A stretch of DNA of 57,282 nucleotides from a virus (taxonomy: Duplodnaviria > Caudoviricetes): positions 1-57,282 of the IMG/VR virus record IMGVR_UViG_3300037780_000037, one strand, 5' to 3'. Below the pieces are notes generated by a model that was not told where the DNA came from, ran no database searches, and saw nothing but the letters and a program-made list of their open reading frames with translations. Within the stretch, counting starts at the first letter, position 1; each line of letters starts with the position of its first letter. Position numbers and translations under genes: made by a program. This document shows positions 9,275 to 19,745 of this stretch, in pieces.

Positions 9275-10506
9275 TGGCTAAATTTGTTAAACGAATCGTT
9301 ACTGAAGGAGAATACTTAGTATCCACTGCTTCGGGACAACGGAAAAAAGTAACTTTCTCACCTAAAGACCTGGAAGAAAGAGCATTAACTGCTACTCAAA
9401 TGCTAGAGTCCGGGTTAAAAATTCCTGCTCCGCGACAGCATACACTTGATGCTAAACCTGAGTTGGAAGAGTCTAAACCTGATGGTAAATACGAAAACTT
9501 AGGCTTTTGGGATAAGTTTTACGTCGGAGAGACTGAGGATGGTCGTTCCGCTCTGTATGGTGTGCTTGACGCTCCTGGTGATCGTAATGATCCAGCAACT
9601 CCTGCGGGACAAGTGGCGAAAGTAGTACAAGATGTTAGTATTTGTACTCATGATTTTGTTGACGGCAAAGAACGAGAATGGAAGAATGCTATTTGGCATG
9701 TCGCTTTACCAACACATCCTATTGAACCGCATCAAGAAAACTTCAAGGCATTGCCTGATGATTACGAAGTTGTAATGATGAGCCAGAGAGTAATGACCGT
9801 GGATACAGAAAAACTCTTGACAGCATTATCTAAATGCGGAATATCTTTACCATCTGATACAACGGATGATAATTTATTAGACCGATTGTACGTAGCTGTT
9901 ACCCAAAAAGCTGAGGGGTCTGATAGCAGCAGTTTGAATACTAAATCTTCTGGAACTAAAGTGGAGACTTACCCAATTATGATGTCACTTAACCAACAGC
10001 AAGTAGACGCTATTCTATCTGCTAATGTTATGGACCCTTCGACCGGCAAGCCATTTAGCAAAGATACATTTGCTGATAAGGGTGGAGAGCCGTCTGATTT
10101 GAAAAAGTACAAAGAATCAGTTGTGTTGATGAGCAACATGCTGAATAAGTCTTATAAAGAACGATATAGTGATCGGGTCAAAGGTTTGATCGCTACTGGT
10201 CGTATCTCGGAAGAATACGCAAAGAACAACTTGTTTCCAATGATTGAGAAGCTTGATGTTGGTGAAGCGATTCAAATGGGTTTGAATGAAGATGGTTCCC
10301 TGCCATCCAATGCGGTGGAAGTTACTATCTCCGCTCTTGAAAACCTCCAAGCACCTGCTCAAAGTGAAGGAAATGTTGGTAGTAACCAAAACCTTTGGAT
10401 GAGCAACAAGCCTAACGATTCTTCAACACAGCCTCGTCCAAATGATGTTGCTGAGCTTAATGATGAAGACGCAGACAAACTCATTGAGCAATTGTTGAAG
10501 TCTTAA
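9274..10506 (+). CDS. Capsid maturation protease/scaffold (Mu gpI-like)
   Basis: H, S and HVALPTHP protease-like motifs; acidic helical C-terminus; directly upstream of decoration and capsid genes. Confidence 0.7.
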   Translation: MAKFVKRIVTEGEYLVSTASGQRKKVTFSPKDLEERALTATQMLESGLKIPAPRQHTLDAKPELEESKPDGKYENLGFWDKFYVGETEDGRSALYGVLDAPGDRNDPATPAGQVAKVVQDVSICTHDFVDGKEREWKNAIWHVALPTHPIEPHQENFKALPDDYEVVMMSQRVMTVDTEKLLTALSKCGISLPSDTTDDNLLDRLYVAVTQKAEGSDSSSLNTKSSGTKVETYPIMMSLNQQQVDAILSANVMDPSTGKPFSKDTFADKGGEPSDLKKYKESVVLMSNMLNKSYKERYSDRVKGLIATGRISEEYAKNNLFPMIEKLDVGEAIQMGLNEDGSLPSNAVEVTISALENLQAPAQSEGNVGSNQNLWMSNKPNDSSTQPRPNDVAELNDEDADKLIEQLLKS

Positions 10507-10538
10507 TCCCCAAATTCAAATCCATATAGGAGATAAAA

Positions 10539-11378
10539 ATGATTTTATTCGATGGTGCGTTCGGTACTCCTGGTATCCGAGACTTGCTTGAAACTACTGA
10601 AAACCAATTTTGGGTTGGTCGGTATGAATTGCAAGAATGGGCTGGTGAAGTTGTTGACGGTTCAGCAACAGACACTGGTAATACCAGTCAGACAAGTGAT
10701 CTTCGAGCAGGTTTGCTTCTAGGTAAAGTTACCAGTGGTGCTGACGAAGGTAAGGTAAAGCAATGGAATCCCGCTGCCACTGATGGTACCGAGGATATCT
10801 ATGGTGTTCTTCCTTATATGTTGAACACTGACTTCCGTGGCTCTACTCTGGACCGTAAGACTGGAATTATGGTTGGTGGTTTGGTCGATGCAACCAAACT
10901 GCTGATCCCCGGCCAAACGGCTCTTGGTATTGCTGGTAATGCTAACGAGTTTCTTATCCGCAACCAAATGGTTGGTTCTGGTCGATTCAAGTTCTATAAG
11001 GATTTTGTTTCGATTGATCAAGGCTCATGGCGTAATGTTGTCGCTAAGACAGCAGATTACACTGTTACAACTTCGGATATTGGTACGCTGTTTACTAATC
11101 GTGGTGCTGCTGGTGCTGTAAACTTTACGTTACCGGCTACACCGTATAAAGGTTTCCGAGTTGGTTTTTACGCAGTTGCCGACCAAAACTTGGTTGTAAC
11201 CGCTGGGACTGCTGACACAATGGTGACCTTTAATGACGCCACTGCTGATTCAGTAGCTTTTCAAACTTCCAGTGAGATCATTGGAGGTATGTTTGAAGTA
11301 GTTGGCGACGGTACTGGTTGGCTAGTACTTCCTCGATTAGCTGCTGACAGTCAAACCATTACCATCGTTACTGCATAG
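10539..11378 (+). CDS. Head decoration protein (lambda gpD-like) with C-terminal beta extension
   Basis: LRAGLLLGKVT...W...ATDGTE...GVL motif; position before the major capsid gene. Confidence 0.8.
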   Translation: MILFDGAFGTPGIRDLLETTENQFWVGRYELQEWAGEVVDGSATDTGNTSQTSDLRAGLLLGKVTSGADEGKVKQWNPAATDGTEDIYGVLPYMLNTDFRGSTLDRKTGIMVGGLVDATKLLIPGQTALGIAGNANEFLIRNQMVGSGRFKFYKDFVSIDQGSWRNVVAKTADYTVTTSDIGTLFTNRGAAGAVNFTLPATPYKGFRVGFYAVADQNLVVTAGTADTMVTFNDATADSVAFQTSSEIIGGMFEVVGDGTGWLVLPRLAADSQTITIVTA

Positions 11379-11428
11379 GTTGATTCACACTAAACAGGGC
11401 TGTGAACCAGCCTATAGGAGATAAATAG

Positions 11429-12592
11429 ATGGGTTACGTATCGAGAGAGAAATTATTCCAAACCCCGGTTATCACGGGCCTTATCAGCCAGATTGATGTT
11501 CCGGGTAGTATCTTCCAACGTGCTTATGCGATGGGTGGTGCTGGTCGTAGGGTGCAAGGACGTACTGCTGCTTGGGATTTATTCCACAGCACACGTTCGG
11601 TTGCTAGTGTTCGGGCTCCACGAACTGGGCCTGCAATGCGAAGCCGTAAACCTTACGGGCAACGTGCGGCACAGATGCTGAGGCTTCATGAGAAAATGAT
11701 TGTTTTCGATGAAGACTTGATGCGTTTCCGTCCTGCTGGCTCACCTATTGGATCGATTGATGCCAGTGGTCAAGCCTACGTCCGTCAGCAATTAGGATAC
11801 TTCTCACAAGTATTCCGAAACACTCGGGAATGGGCTGTTAGTCGTATGTTTCGAGGTGGTTTTGGTGTCAAAGCCGTTGGCGATGAATTTCGGTTGTGTG
11901 AATCGGACGACTCTGATGCTCTTTACACAATCGATTACGGTATTCCTGCGGGACATAAGTCTCAACTGGATGTAGACGGTAATGGCGACATTATCGATAC
12001 TAGTTGGGATGATGCTGCTGCGGATATTGTGAGCCAATTCCAAAAGCTAGATTATCAAGCCGAACGTGTTTCCGGTTACCCAACCCGACACATTTGGATT
12101 AACGGTAATACGGCTCAATATTTGTTTGAAAACACACAACTTGCAAGTGTTCGTGGTACTTCAGTTCGGATTTTTGACAGTCTCAGTCGTCGAGAAATCG
12201 ATCCTGCATCTACACTACCTGATACTGGATACGATATTGTATTTGGTGCCATGCCATTGCATCGTTTCCATGTTTACAACGGTGGTTTGGTTACTCCGGG
12301 AACCTCGGAAGATTTTGATTCGCAGATCAGTGCAACCAATTTTGAACGGTTCATTCCTGATAACTATGCGATCATTACTCCTGATCCTGGTGATTGGTGT
12401 GAGATGATGACTGGTTCGGAATACATCCGAGAAAATGTCACTCGTCCGATGAGAGAAGTTTATGGGATGAATAGCTGGTCTACTCCGGTTACCAACCCTC
12501 CTGGTCAAGAGATTTACATGTTGGATAACTTCCTGCCAGTCTTGTATATCCCGCGAGCAGTCTACTACGCAGAAGTTATCTTTACTTCGTAG
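11429..12592 (+). CDS. Major capsid protein (lambda gpE-like, HK97 fold)
   Basis: 387 aa; 'R.TREW', 'IDYGIP..HK', 'W....ADI..' and 'LPVL..P.A' motifs; strong SD; terminator follows. Confidence 0.9.
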   Translation: MGYVSREKLFQTPVITGLISQIDVPGSIFQRAYAMGGAGRRVQGRTAAWDLFHSTRSVASVRAPRTGPAMRSRKPYGQRAAQMLRLHEKMIVFDEDLMRFRPAGSPIGSIDASGQAYVRQQLGYFSQVFRNTREWAVSRMFRGGFGVKAVGDEFRLCESDDSDALYTIDYGIPAGHKSQLDVDGNGDIIDTSWDDAAADIVSQFQKLDYQAERVSGYPTRHIWINGNTAQYLFENTQLASVRGTSVRIFDSLSRREIDPASTLPDTGYDIVFGAMPLHRFHVYNGGLVTPGTSEDFDSQISATNFERFIPDNYAIITPDPGDWCEMMTGSEYIRENVTRPMREVYGMNSWSTPVTNPPGQEIYMLDNFLPVLYIPRAVYYAEVIFTS

Positions 12593-12608
12593 TAATTAAT
12601 ATTTAATT

Positions 12609-12643
12609 ACCCGCCCTGAGAAATCCTTGGGGCGGGTGTTCTT
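12609..12643 (+). terminator. Terminator after the capsid gene
   Basis: ACCCGCCC...GGGCGGGT followed by GTTCTT. Confidence 0.7.
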
Positions 12644-12665
12644 CATAAATTCCAAGGTTCCCAAT

Positions 12666-12998
12666 ATGTCAAAAGAAAAAGTATCTGGTACGCTTACAGC
12701 AGATGGTGCTAGTACGGTTGTTAACTGGACTGGGCGTAGGGTAGGAAGTATCGCAGCTTATGGAACCTTTGGCGGTGGCACCCTTGTTTTCCAGTATTCA
12801 TTGGACGGTGGTGTTACTTGGAAAACGATCAACTCTATAGGTTCTGATTTAACATCAACGCCGTTATCGTTTACTGAAGACACAAACGGTCTAAACTTTG
12901 AAGCACCTAAATGCAAAGTTCGTTTCAGTTTGTCGGGGGCTACAGACCCAAATATTGAATACTTTATTTCCCCTTTGACTTGTATTTCTTCAGTTTAA
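12666..12998 (+). CDS. Small virion structural protein
   Basis: GTFGGGTL..QYSLDGG.TW motif common in phage structural proteins. Confidence 0.65.
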   Translation: MSKEKVSGTLTADGASTVVNWTGRRVGSIAAYGTFGGGTLVFQYSLDGGVTWKTINSIGSDLTSTPLSFTEDTNGLNFEAPKCKVRFSLSGATDPNIEYFISPLTCISSV

Positions 12999-13051
12999 GC
13001 GGTCGATCTACCATTGAGCGGCAACGAAAACATATTGACAGTTAGAAAACT

Positions 13052-16000
13052 ATGGCATTTTCAAAACGCGGATTTCATACCTACTGCGACACGATAAGTC
13101 GTGAAATGTGGGGGCTTTCCGATGGGGAGTCTACCGCAGGGGATACCGATATTTCGTTAGCGTCTCAGCCTAGCGGAGATGTTCGGGATAAATGCCTAGC
13201 CTTCACAACGAGCGGCGGTGCGGGAACTGGTTTTGTTGAGACGGAATTTCAGTATCTGCCGCATGGAGCAGTTATCGAATCGGCCAGTTTAGTAACTTCA
13301 TTCGCTGAAATGTGGCTGCGATTTCGGTTCTTAGTCTCAACCGCAACCACTCCATCAAGCGGCCAGTTGTCTTTAGTTGCTTTGCGTGCCAGTGGAAATA
13401 CGGTTTACCGATTGCTGTTAAATGCTAATGGAACGCTTGACCTAGAAACGAAACCAGCATCTAGCGGATCACTGACATCTGCGGGCACGGGCTCGACAGC
13501 GATCACGTACGGACAGTTTTTCGAGGTCATAATTCACATTGACCAAGATTCCGCAACAGCTACTGTCAAGCTTAAACGTGACAGCGACGAAAGTTATTCG
13601 ACGGAAATATCCGCTACCAGCATTTCGACACCTGCACCAGTGGAAGGTATGCGGTTTGGGCCATCGGCCAATACTTTATCTGGTAACGGATCAACGACTG
13701 TCTACGTTGACGATTTCGCGGTTAGTGACCGGCAAGAGGCAGACGTAGCAAACCGATTTTATATTGCAGGCTCCGGTTGTCGTGATGTTGACAGCACCTC
13801 ACTGGCAATGGCGTTATTTGTGCCGGATGGTTTGTTTGGCGCTACACATGCGAGAGTGCAGTATTCTACAAGCAGCGATTTTTCAAGCCCTTCGGCAACT
13901 GCACTAACAGCGATCGGCGGCAAATCCTCTGACGTTTTGCCGCTGACTGCCACCGGTTTAATTGCAGGCATGCGGTACTACTATCGGTTTCAGGTTTCGA
14001 CATCCAGCAGTGCTAGTGACATTGCTTGGACGAGCGACACCTACGAAGCAAGGACGCTTTTTATTACAAACCCATCGGGAGGAAAAAGAGCGATTTGCGT
14101 TGGTTCGTGTGCAGACCAGAATTCTATTTCCCACCCGTATGACGTGGAAGAAAACCTCTTAACACAAGTAGAATCGGACGCATCTAATTACCTTGGATTT
14201 TTTCATTTAGGTGACCAAGGTTATGAAACAGTTGACTTCGGCATATCGTCGCTTGATCCAAGTCCAGTACCAGAAGACACTGGCGGTTTCGAGCGTCAGT
14301 TGCGGCAATTTTTTGCCGATCACGCTTACGAGCAAATAACTAAAGCGGGCGTTTTTGTTGGCTTGCCAGACGACCACCAATTTATAAACGACGGTGACGG
14401 ACGGATGAGGCCAGGGGGAGCCCTTGCATCGACTTTGGCCAATGACTGGTCGGCAAAGCAGGCTACATATTCAGCCTCAACAACGCTCTCAGATTTATAC
14501 ACAGCGGGGATGACGGTATTCGACGATTGGTTTACCGACCATTGGTTTTCAAGACCAACCGCAGGCGAGCGATACAAGAGTTGGGTAGACGGAAACACGC
14601 GAATCGTGATGGTTGACACCAGGACGGAACGCAATCCGAGCACGCCTATCATGGTGTCCACGACACAACTTGACTGGATTAAGGGGCAGGTTGACGACTT
14701 CGCGGCAAACGCCAGCGAGTTGTTTTTGGTGTTTTTGTGTAATGGTGGGTGGAACACGCAAAACACAAAAGCAAGTGAAGGGTGGGAACGAGTTGCGGCG
14801 GCACAGTATTACGATTTAATCACATATCTGGACACAAACCTCCCAACTACCAAACGGTGTGTGGTTTTGCGGGGAGATGACCACGCCGGATATGTCGTGC
14901 AGCAACGACACGAAACCGCATCGGGAGTGCTTTCGACAAACGCGGGTCTTGGTCCAGAGTGCATCTTCAGTGGTGTTATGATGACAGCCACGACGTTGAC
15001 CGACCCAACGGGTGCTGGCGTTTTAGACCGATACCCAATCGCGACGACGGGGTTCCCTGCCAACGGAAGTCCCATACGTGTGAGCAGTGGTCTTATAACA
15101 ATAGATGATACAGAGGACCGACTCAACGCAAAGTCGTGGAGCCCCGAAGATGACAACCTTAATTACAGCATTGCTTCGTTCCCGGAAGGTGATGTTGAGA
15201 GTTACAACGACTTAATTGGAAAAGGCTCACATTCAGTACGACTTTCAACAGAAGTTTATTACGGACTGCAAGAGACGGCAGGTACGGCAATTTCCGACTC
15301 TTCCGAAAAAGATAGAGGCGGACTATTAGAAGGTGCCTCAAATCCGGCAACCGTAACAGGCCCAAAAACGTATTTATCCAGTGCCATATCGCTTGATGGC
15401 ACGGATGATCGAATCAGGATTCCGGGATCGGTAGTCGTCACTGGCAACAACGCTCGGACTTACGCAGCTTGGGTGAATATACCAGCGTTCAGCAGTGATA
15501 GTGCAAATGTAATTTTCGACCTAGGAGGAATCACGGGAGACAATGTTGGCGAAGGATTTGTCGTAATTGCAGAGGACGGGGCTATCAGCTTAGCGTGCTA
15601 TGGCAGCAGGAGAATAACGACCAAAAATGACCTAGCAACTGATACATGGTATCACATAGCTATAAGAATACCGGATGACGCAACGGTAACAACGGACGCA
15701 GAAATCCTTATAGACGGAGTAAACGAATCCACTACGCTTGAGGCGGGATCAGAAAGAACACTCGACACGCCGCAGCCTACGTATGGATACGTTGGTTATC
15801 AGACATCGCTTAATAATTACTCAGCAGTTAAGATTGCGGAGTTTGTTGCGTTTAGTGAGGCACTAAATGATGCGGCAATTGTGCAACTTGCGTCTGGACC
15901 TGAGCCGCTAAACACAGTAGCACCAGCAGCACCAGCGGGAACCGCAGAAGTCGGCGAGACTCTTACGGCAAGCACTGGGACGTGGGACGGCCAATCAAAC

Positions 16001-16288
16001 GGCACCATCAGCTACACATACCAGTGGGTACGAGCAAGCGACGCCAGTGGCACAAATGCGGTCGATATTTCTGGGGCAACATCAAATACATACGAAATTG
16101 TGTCAGCAGATTCCGGCAAGTACATTGCATGCAGGATCAGAGCATCTAACGACGGTGGTTTTGACGCTGCGGAGGACACGACATCACTTTATACATCGCG
16201 AGTCGCAATCGGTTTGGGAACAGGCGATTTACGCGGAAGAGTCGCAAGAAGAGCCACACGCTCTGCTGTTCGTAGGCTTTGTAGATAA
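13052..16288 (+). CDS. Multidomain virion protein: lectin-like N-terminus, fn3/PhoD-like metallophosphatase, LamG and Ig-like domains
   Basis: GSC, HLGDQGY, DDHQF.ND, DTRTER and LRGDDH motifs; LamG signature (LDGTDD..., AWVN, WYHIA, IDG); Ig-like 'GETLTASTGTW...YTYQW'. Confidence 0.8.
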   Translation: MAFSKRGFHTYCDTISREMWGLSDGESTAGDTDISLASQPSGDVRDKCLAFTTSGGAGTGFVETEFQYLPHGAVIESASLVTSFAEMWLRFRFLVSTATTPSSGQLSLVALRASGNTVYRLLLNANGTLDLETKPASSGSLTSAGTGSTAITYGQFFEVIIHIDQDSATATVKLKRDSDESYSTEISATSISTPAPVEGMRFGPSANTLSGNGSTTVYVDDFAVSDRQEADVANRFYIAGSGCRDVDSTSLAMALFVPDGLFGATHARVQYSTSSDFSSPSATALTAIGGKSSDVLPLTATGLIAGMRYYYRFQVSTSSSASDIAWTSDTYEARTLFITNPSGGKRAICVGSCADQNSISHPYDVEENLLTQVESDASNYLGFFHLGDQGYETVDFGISSLDPSPVPEDTGGFERQLRQFFADHAYEQITKAGVFVGLPDDHQFINDGDGRMRPGGALASTLANDWSAKQATYSASTTLSDLYTAGMTVFDDWFTDHWFSRPTAGERYKSWVDGNTRIVMVDTRTERNPSTPIMVSTTQLDWIKGQVDDFAANASELFLVFLCNGGWNTQNTKASEGWERVAAAQYYDLITYLDTNLPTTKRCVVLRGDDHAGYVVQQRHETASGVLSTNAGLGPECIFSGVMMTATTLTDPTGAGVLDRYPIATTGFPANGSPIRVSSGLITIDDTEDRLNAKSWSPEDDNLNYSIASFPEGDVESYNDLIGKGSHSVRLSTEVYYGLQETAGTAISDSSEKDRGGLLEGASNPATVTGPKTYLSSAISLDGTDDRIRIPGSVVVTGNNARTYAAWVNIPAFSSDSANVIFDLGGITGDNVGEGFVVIAEDGAISLACYGSRRITTKNDLATDTWYHIAIRIPDDATVTTDAEILIDGVNESTTLEAGSERTLDTPQPTYGYVGYQTSLNNYSAVKIAEFVAFSEALNDAAIVQLASGPEPLNTVAPAAPAGTAEVGETLTASTGTWDGQSNGTISYTYQWVRASDASGTNAVDISGATSNTYEIVSADSGKYIACRIRASNDGGFDAAEDTTSLYTSRVAIGLGTGDLRGRVARRATRSAVRRLCR

Positions 16289-16346
16289 ATACCCCTCAAT
16301 GACGCATTGAAGATTCTCGATTTTTAGTTGACAGGAAATAAGGTAA

Positions 16347-17789
16347 ATGGCCAAGCAAACAGTAGGCGTCGGATCGACAGCTAATGACGGCACAGGCGAT
16401 TCGTTGCGTGCTGGCTTCGTCAAGGTCAACGACAATTTCACCGAGTTATATGGTCCGATCGTGACAACGCCGGTTCCGGTCGGGCTGGTGTTTTCGGAGA
16501 ACTTCGAGGGATCGAGCTATGACACCGATGTGATTCGGCAGTTTTTCGCGACAGTCACGCACGACACGGGCAACGATCGACTCACGCTGACGGGCACGAA
16601 TCCAGCAATACGACTTGATAAGACGACGCTAGGGCTTGAGGTTGGCCAGTGGTATTCGCTGGTAATCGAGTGGGATGCAAATACTGCCGACATGGCTCAA
16701 GCGGTTGGCAGTTGGACCAATGCAGCGGCACGAACCACGTTTTACAACGATGGTGTGACTGGTGTTCTGATTTGGCAGCAAGAAGACGGAACGGACGCGA
16801 ATGTGTCTCCAGTGGTCTTGTTTCGGGCTGCTACGGGATCGTCTTGTACGGCATACATCAATGACATAAAGCTATACGCTGGAGTCGTTGGCTACGTCAA
16901 CCAAATCTACCAAGATGGGCCGCTCGTTTGGGGCGAGGATGTTCGCGTCACAAATAGCTTCTTAGCCAACGGCGTCGTTATCGGGAATGATATTGTTGTA
17001 ACGCTGACTGGCGGTGGTACGCATCCGGTTCTTATTGGCTCCGAAATTACAGGCAGCGGTGCGATTGATGCTTGCATTGCGATTGGGGAAGGAGCCAGCC
17101 TGACCAGTGACGAATCATTTGGAGGCTCGAACAATCCCGAGAGAGTTGTTATTGGACGATCGGCACAGGCTGGTTGCTGGCGTAATACCGTTGTCGGTGC
17201 ATTTGCTCACGCTCTCGACACGTCAGCTTCGGCTTGGGGCTTCGGTGCTTGCAGCGAGGTTAGCCACGGCAACGCATTAAGCCGTGGAGCCTACATTCCG
17301 CATGAAACAGGCGAGGCAAACCTTACGCTGTTTGCTGATTACGATTTGGTGCTTGGCAATGGGACCATGCACCGCTGCGATCAGTCACCCGCAAGCGTTA
17401 AGTACGGATCGGCATTGACGACCGAGGAAGACACGGGAGTCACGCCGAGTGGGACGGAGTGTAAGGTTCGTGGCAAGGATGCTTTCGACGCGAGAGCCAC
17501 GCCAAGCGATACGAACATCGCAGGCGGTCATATTGCTGTTTGTGCTGGTCGTGGCACTGGAAGCGGAGTTGGCGGCAAAGTCCGATTGCAGACTGCTCCC
17601 GCAGGATCGAGCGGAGCAGCGAAAAACGCATGGGCGACAGCAATCGAAGTTGACGCGGTGGCAACAGGTGGCAGCGAGGAAACGCGATTCCTTTTGCTGG
17701 ACCTGACCGATGGCACTTTGAAACGAGTTAGTTTTGGTGCGGACGATTCAGCCGGAACCGGATTCAAGACGTTAAGGGTGGCAAACTAA
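16347..17789 (+). CDS. Tail fibre/receptor-binding protein
   Basis: N-terminal GSTANDGTGDSLRAGF.KVN.NF.ELY attachment motif; IG/VG beta-repeat (YadA-like) segments. Confidence 0.7.
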   Translation: MAKQTVGVGSTANDGTGDSLRAGFVKVNDNFTELYGPIVTTPVPVGLVFSENFEGSSYDTDVIRQFFATVTHDTGNDRLTLTGTNPAIRLDKTTLGLEVGQWYSLVIEWDANTADMAQAVGSWTNAAARTTFYNDGVTGVLIWQQEDGTDANVSPVVLFRAATGSSCTAYINDIKLYAGVVGYVNQIYQDGPLVWGEDVRVTNSFLANGVVIGNDIVVTLTGGGTHPVLIGSEITGSGAIDACIAIGEGASLTSDESFGGSNNPERVVIGRSAQAGCWRNTVVGAFAHALDTSASAWGFGACSEVSHGNALSRGAYIPHETGEANLTLFADYDLVLGNGTMHRCDQSPASVKYGSALTTEEDTGVTPSGTECKVRGKDAFDARATPSDTNIAGGHIAVCAGRGTGSGVGGKVRLQTAPAGSSGAAKNAWATAIEVDAVATGGSEETRFLLLDLTDGTLKRVSFGADDSAGTGFKTLRVAN

Positions 17790-18373
17790 TGGCAATCCCA
17801 ATCACATGCGATCAAACTACGCTATCGGTTGACCTGACGGACTGGGCCGCACAGGTCACAAGTTCGGTGCGTGCAAACCTTGACGCTACACCGATCGAAG
17901 CCGATTTGACTGCCAATGCCATATCGAGCGTGACGAATTCCATCAAAGCAGACCCACCTACAGTGAATCTGTCATCGGCAGCTATAGAAAGTATTATAGC
18001 TACAGGTGTGATTGGTGTTGCTGTTCCAGATCAACCTGTATCGCTTACTAATAATTTAAGTGTTAATCAAGGAGAAACTATTTCGCAAACTGTTACCCTT
18101 TTACAATCTGATAATGAAACTCCTTTAGATTTGAGCGGGTTAACACTAGAATTAGTTTTTAGTACCAAGGACGGTGACTTTATAGATGTTATTGAAAACA
18201 GTAATATCACGGTAAGCGGTGACAATAGCAACATTGTTACATTCACTTACCCATCTTCTTTAACGGATTTTGTAGGTCAGTATATTTGGTCTCTTAGAGA
18301 GGCGACCGCTGAAAACAAACTACGTGTTAAAGGGTACGTTAGCGTACTACGTGCAGCAACTAATATTTCTTGA
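17789..18373 (+). CDS. Virion protein with BppU-like C-terminal domain
   Basis: QGET...T.....P.DLSG.T pattern. Confidence 0.5.
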   Translation: MAIPITCDQTTLSVDLTDWAAQVTSSVRANLDATPIEADLTANAISSVTNSIKADPPTVNLSSAAIESIIATGVIGVAVPDQPVSLTNNLSVNQGETISQTVTLLQSDNETPLDLSGLTLELVFSTKDGDFIDVIENSNITVSGDNSNIVTFTYPSSLTDFVGQYIWSLREATAENKLRVKGYVSVLRAATNIS

Positions 18374-18398
18374 CTGATCACAATAGATTTGAACAATT

Positions 18399-18764
18399 AT
18401 GCACTACAGCAGCACTATCTTTGGTCAATTAGTCATCTTAGGGGCAGCTATAAGCACTGTTATGGGTTCTTTTACACCAGATGTTTTCTCGCAGATAATT
18501 ACTACGTTAGGCACCTTAGTAGTGTTAGCTTGGTACATGTACTACAATCAAACAAAGACTATGCCTGATCTACAGGAGAAACATACCAGTCTTGTAAGAG
18601 AAATTCTGAAAGATAATCGAGAAACTACTGAAAGCATTACTAATAAGTTTACTCAATCATTAGCTGAGGAGAGAATCAATCGAAAAGAAGAATTAGATTC
18701 TCTTAAAGAGTGGATGGAAGATAACGTCTGTAAAGTGCCATGTAACCCCGAACATACAGAATAA
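18399..18764 (+). CDS. Membrane protein (holin-like)
   Basis: Two N-terminal hydrophobic helices plus a charged coiled coil. Confidence 0.45.
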   Translation: MHYSSTIFGQLVILGAAISTVMGSFTPDVFSQIITTLGTLVVLAWYMYYNQTKTMPDLQEKHTSLVREILKDNRETTESITNKFTQSLAEERINRKEELDSLKEWMEDNVCKVPCNPEHTE

Positions 18765-18769
18765 CAATC

Positions 18770-19270
18770 ATGACCTTTACAAATTACGCTTACACCTACA
18801 CTTCCGAAACAGAAATTGATAGGTTGTTATCTACAGCAGGAAGTGATGGTTGGTTAGATGATCTTACACCTTCTGATAAAACTAGCTACTACAACGAAAT
18901 CATCCAAGACGCAACTGGTACTATCAATCAATATCTTGAAAAGATGTATAACCCAGTTGATATGCAGACTAGTCCTTGGGTAAGAAGACGTGCAACATAC
19001 CTAGCTACATACCATTTAACTAAACGTCGTGGTGATCCTGGATTATATGGTGACGACTACGGACGTATAATCGAAGAATTAATGGAAGCTAGTGAAGGTA
19101 TAATCCAGATTCCCGGACTGGCATATAGCAGCGGGATGTTAGCTGTGATGCAGAATCCATTAGTTGATCAACGATTCAATCGTTCTAAGAGCCGAGTTGC
19201 TGCAAGTATCTCAACAGATACAAGTGGTCGTGAACCTCTTACTTATTGGCTACCGTTTGAATGGCTGTAG
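18770..19270 (+). CDS. Head-tail adaptor (Mu gp36/DUF1320-like)
   Basis: Y....I...I.DAT..IN.YL...Y pattern; position. Confidence 0.75.
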   Translation: MTFTNYAYTYTSETEIDRLLSTAGSDGWLDDLTPSDKTSYYNEIIQDATGTINQYLEKMYNPVDMQTSPWVRRRATYLATYHLTKRRGDPGLYGDDYGRIIEELMEASEGIIQIPGLAYSSGMLAVMQNPLVDQRFNRSKSRVAASISTDTSGREPLTYWLPFEWL

Positions 19271-19740
19271 ACCTTAAAGAGCGTTATAAAGCATTGGTGT
19301 TATACCACCTTTTTAGCATTATCCATAAAAACTTTGTAATTAAAAGCAAAGGAGGTACTGATAGCCTCGGTAATAGATGGTTACCTTTATCTGAAAAAAC
19401 AAGAATCTACAAACCACTGAGCCCTAGCGAAAAAAGGAAATACAAACTCAAAGGACGAACCAAAAAAGAAGTGCTTATGAATAGGCAACCGTTGATTCTG
19501 ATTTTAACCCGTAGGCTTGAAAGGTCTTTACGTCCGGGACAAGTAGTTGGAGACATGTATATCCCCTCACCAGAACAAATTGCCAAAGTTGATAACGGCA
19601 GAGTTATTGTTGGTTCTGAAGTTCCTTACGCGGGAGACGTATCAGTTAAACGACCTGCGATACCAACCAACATCAATCCGTGGATAGCTGAAGCGGCTAG
19701 AAAAGCAACAAACCAGATACGTAGGGAAACTAGGAATTAA
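19261..19740 (+). CDS. Tail completion/virion morphogenesis protein (Mu gpG-like)
   Basis: G.RW.PLS..T, L..T.RL..S and VGS.VPYA...RP motifs. Confidence 0.75.
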   Translation: MAVDLKERYKALVLYHLFSIIHKNFVIKSKGGTDSLGNRWLPLSEKTRIYKPLSPSEKRKYKLKGRTKKEVLMNRQPLILILTRRLERSLRPGQVVGDMYIPSPEQIAKVDNGRVIVGSEVPYAGDVSVKRPAIPTNINPWIAEAARKATNQIRRETRN

Positions 19741-19745
19741 CTCAG

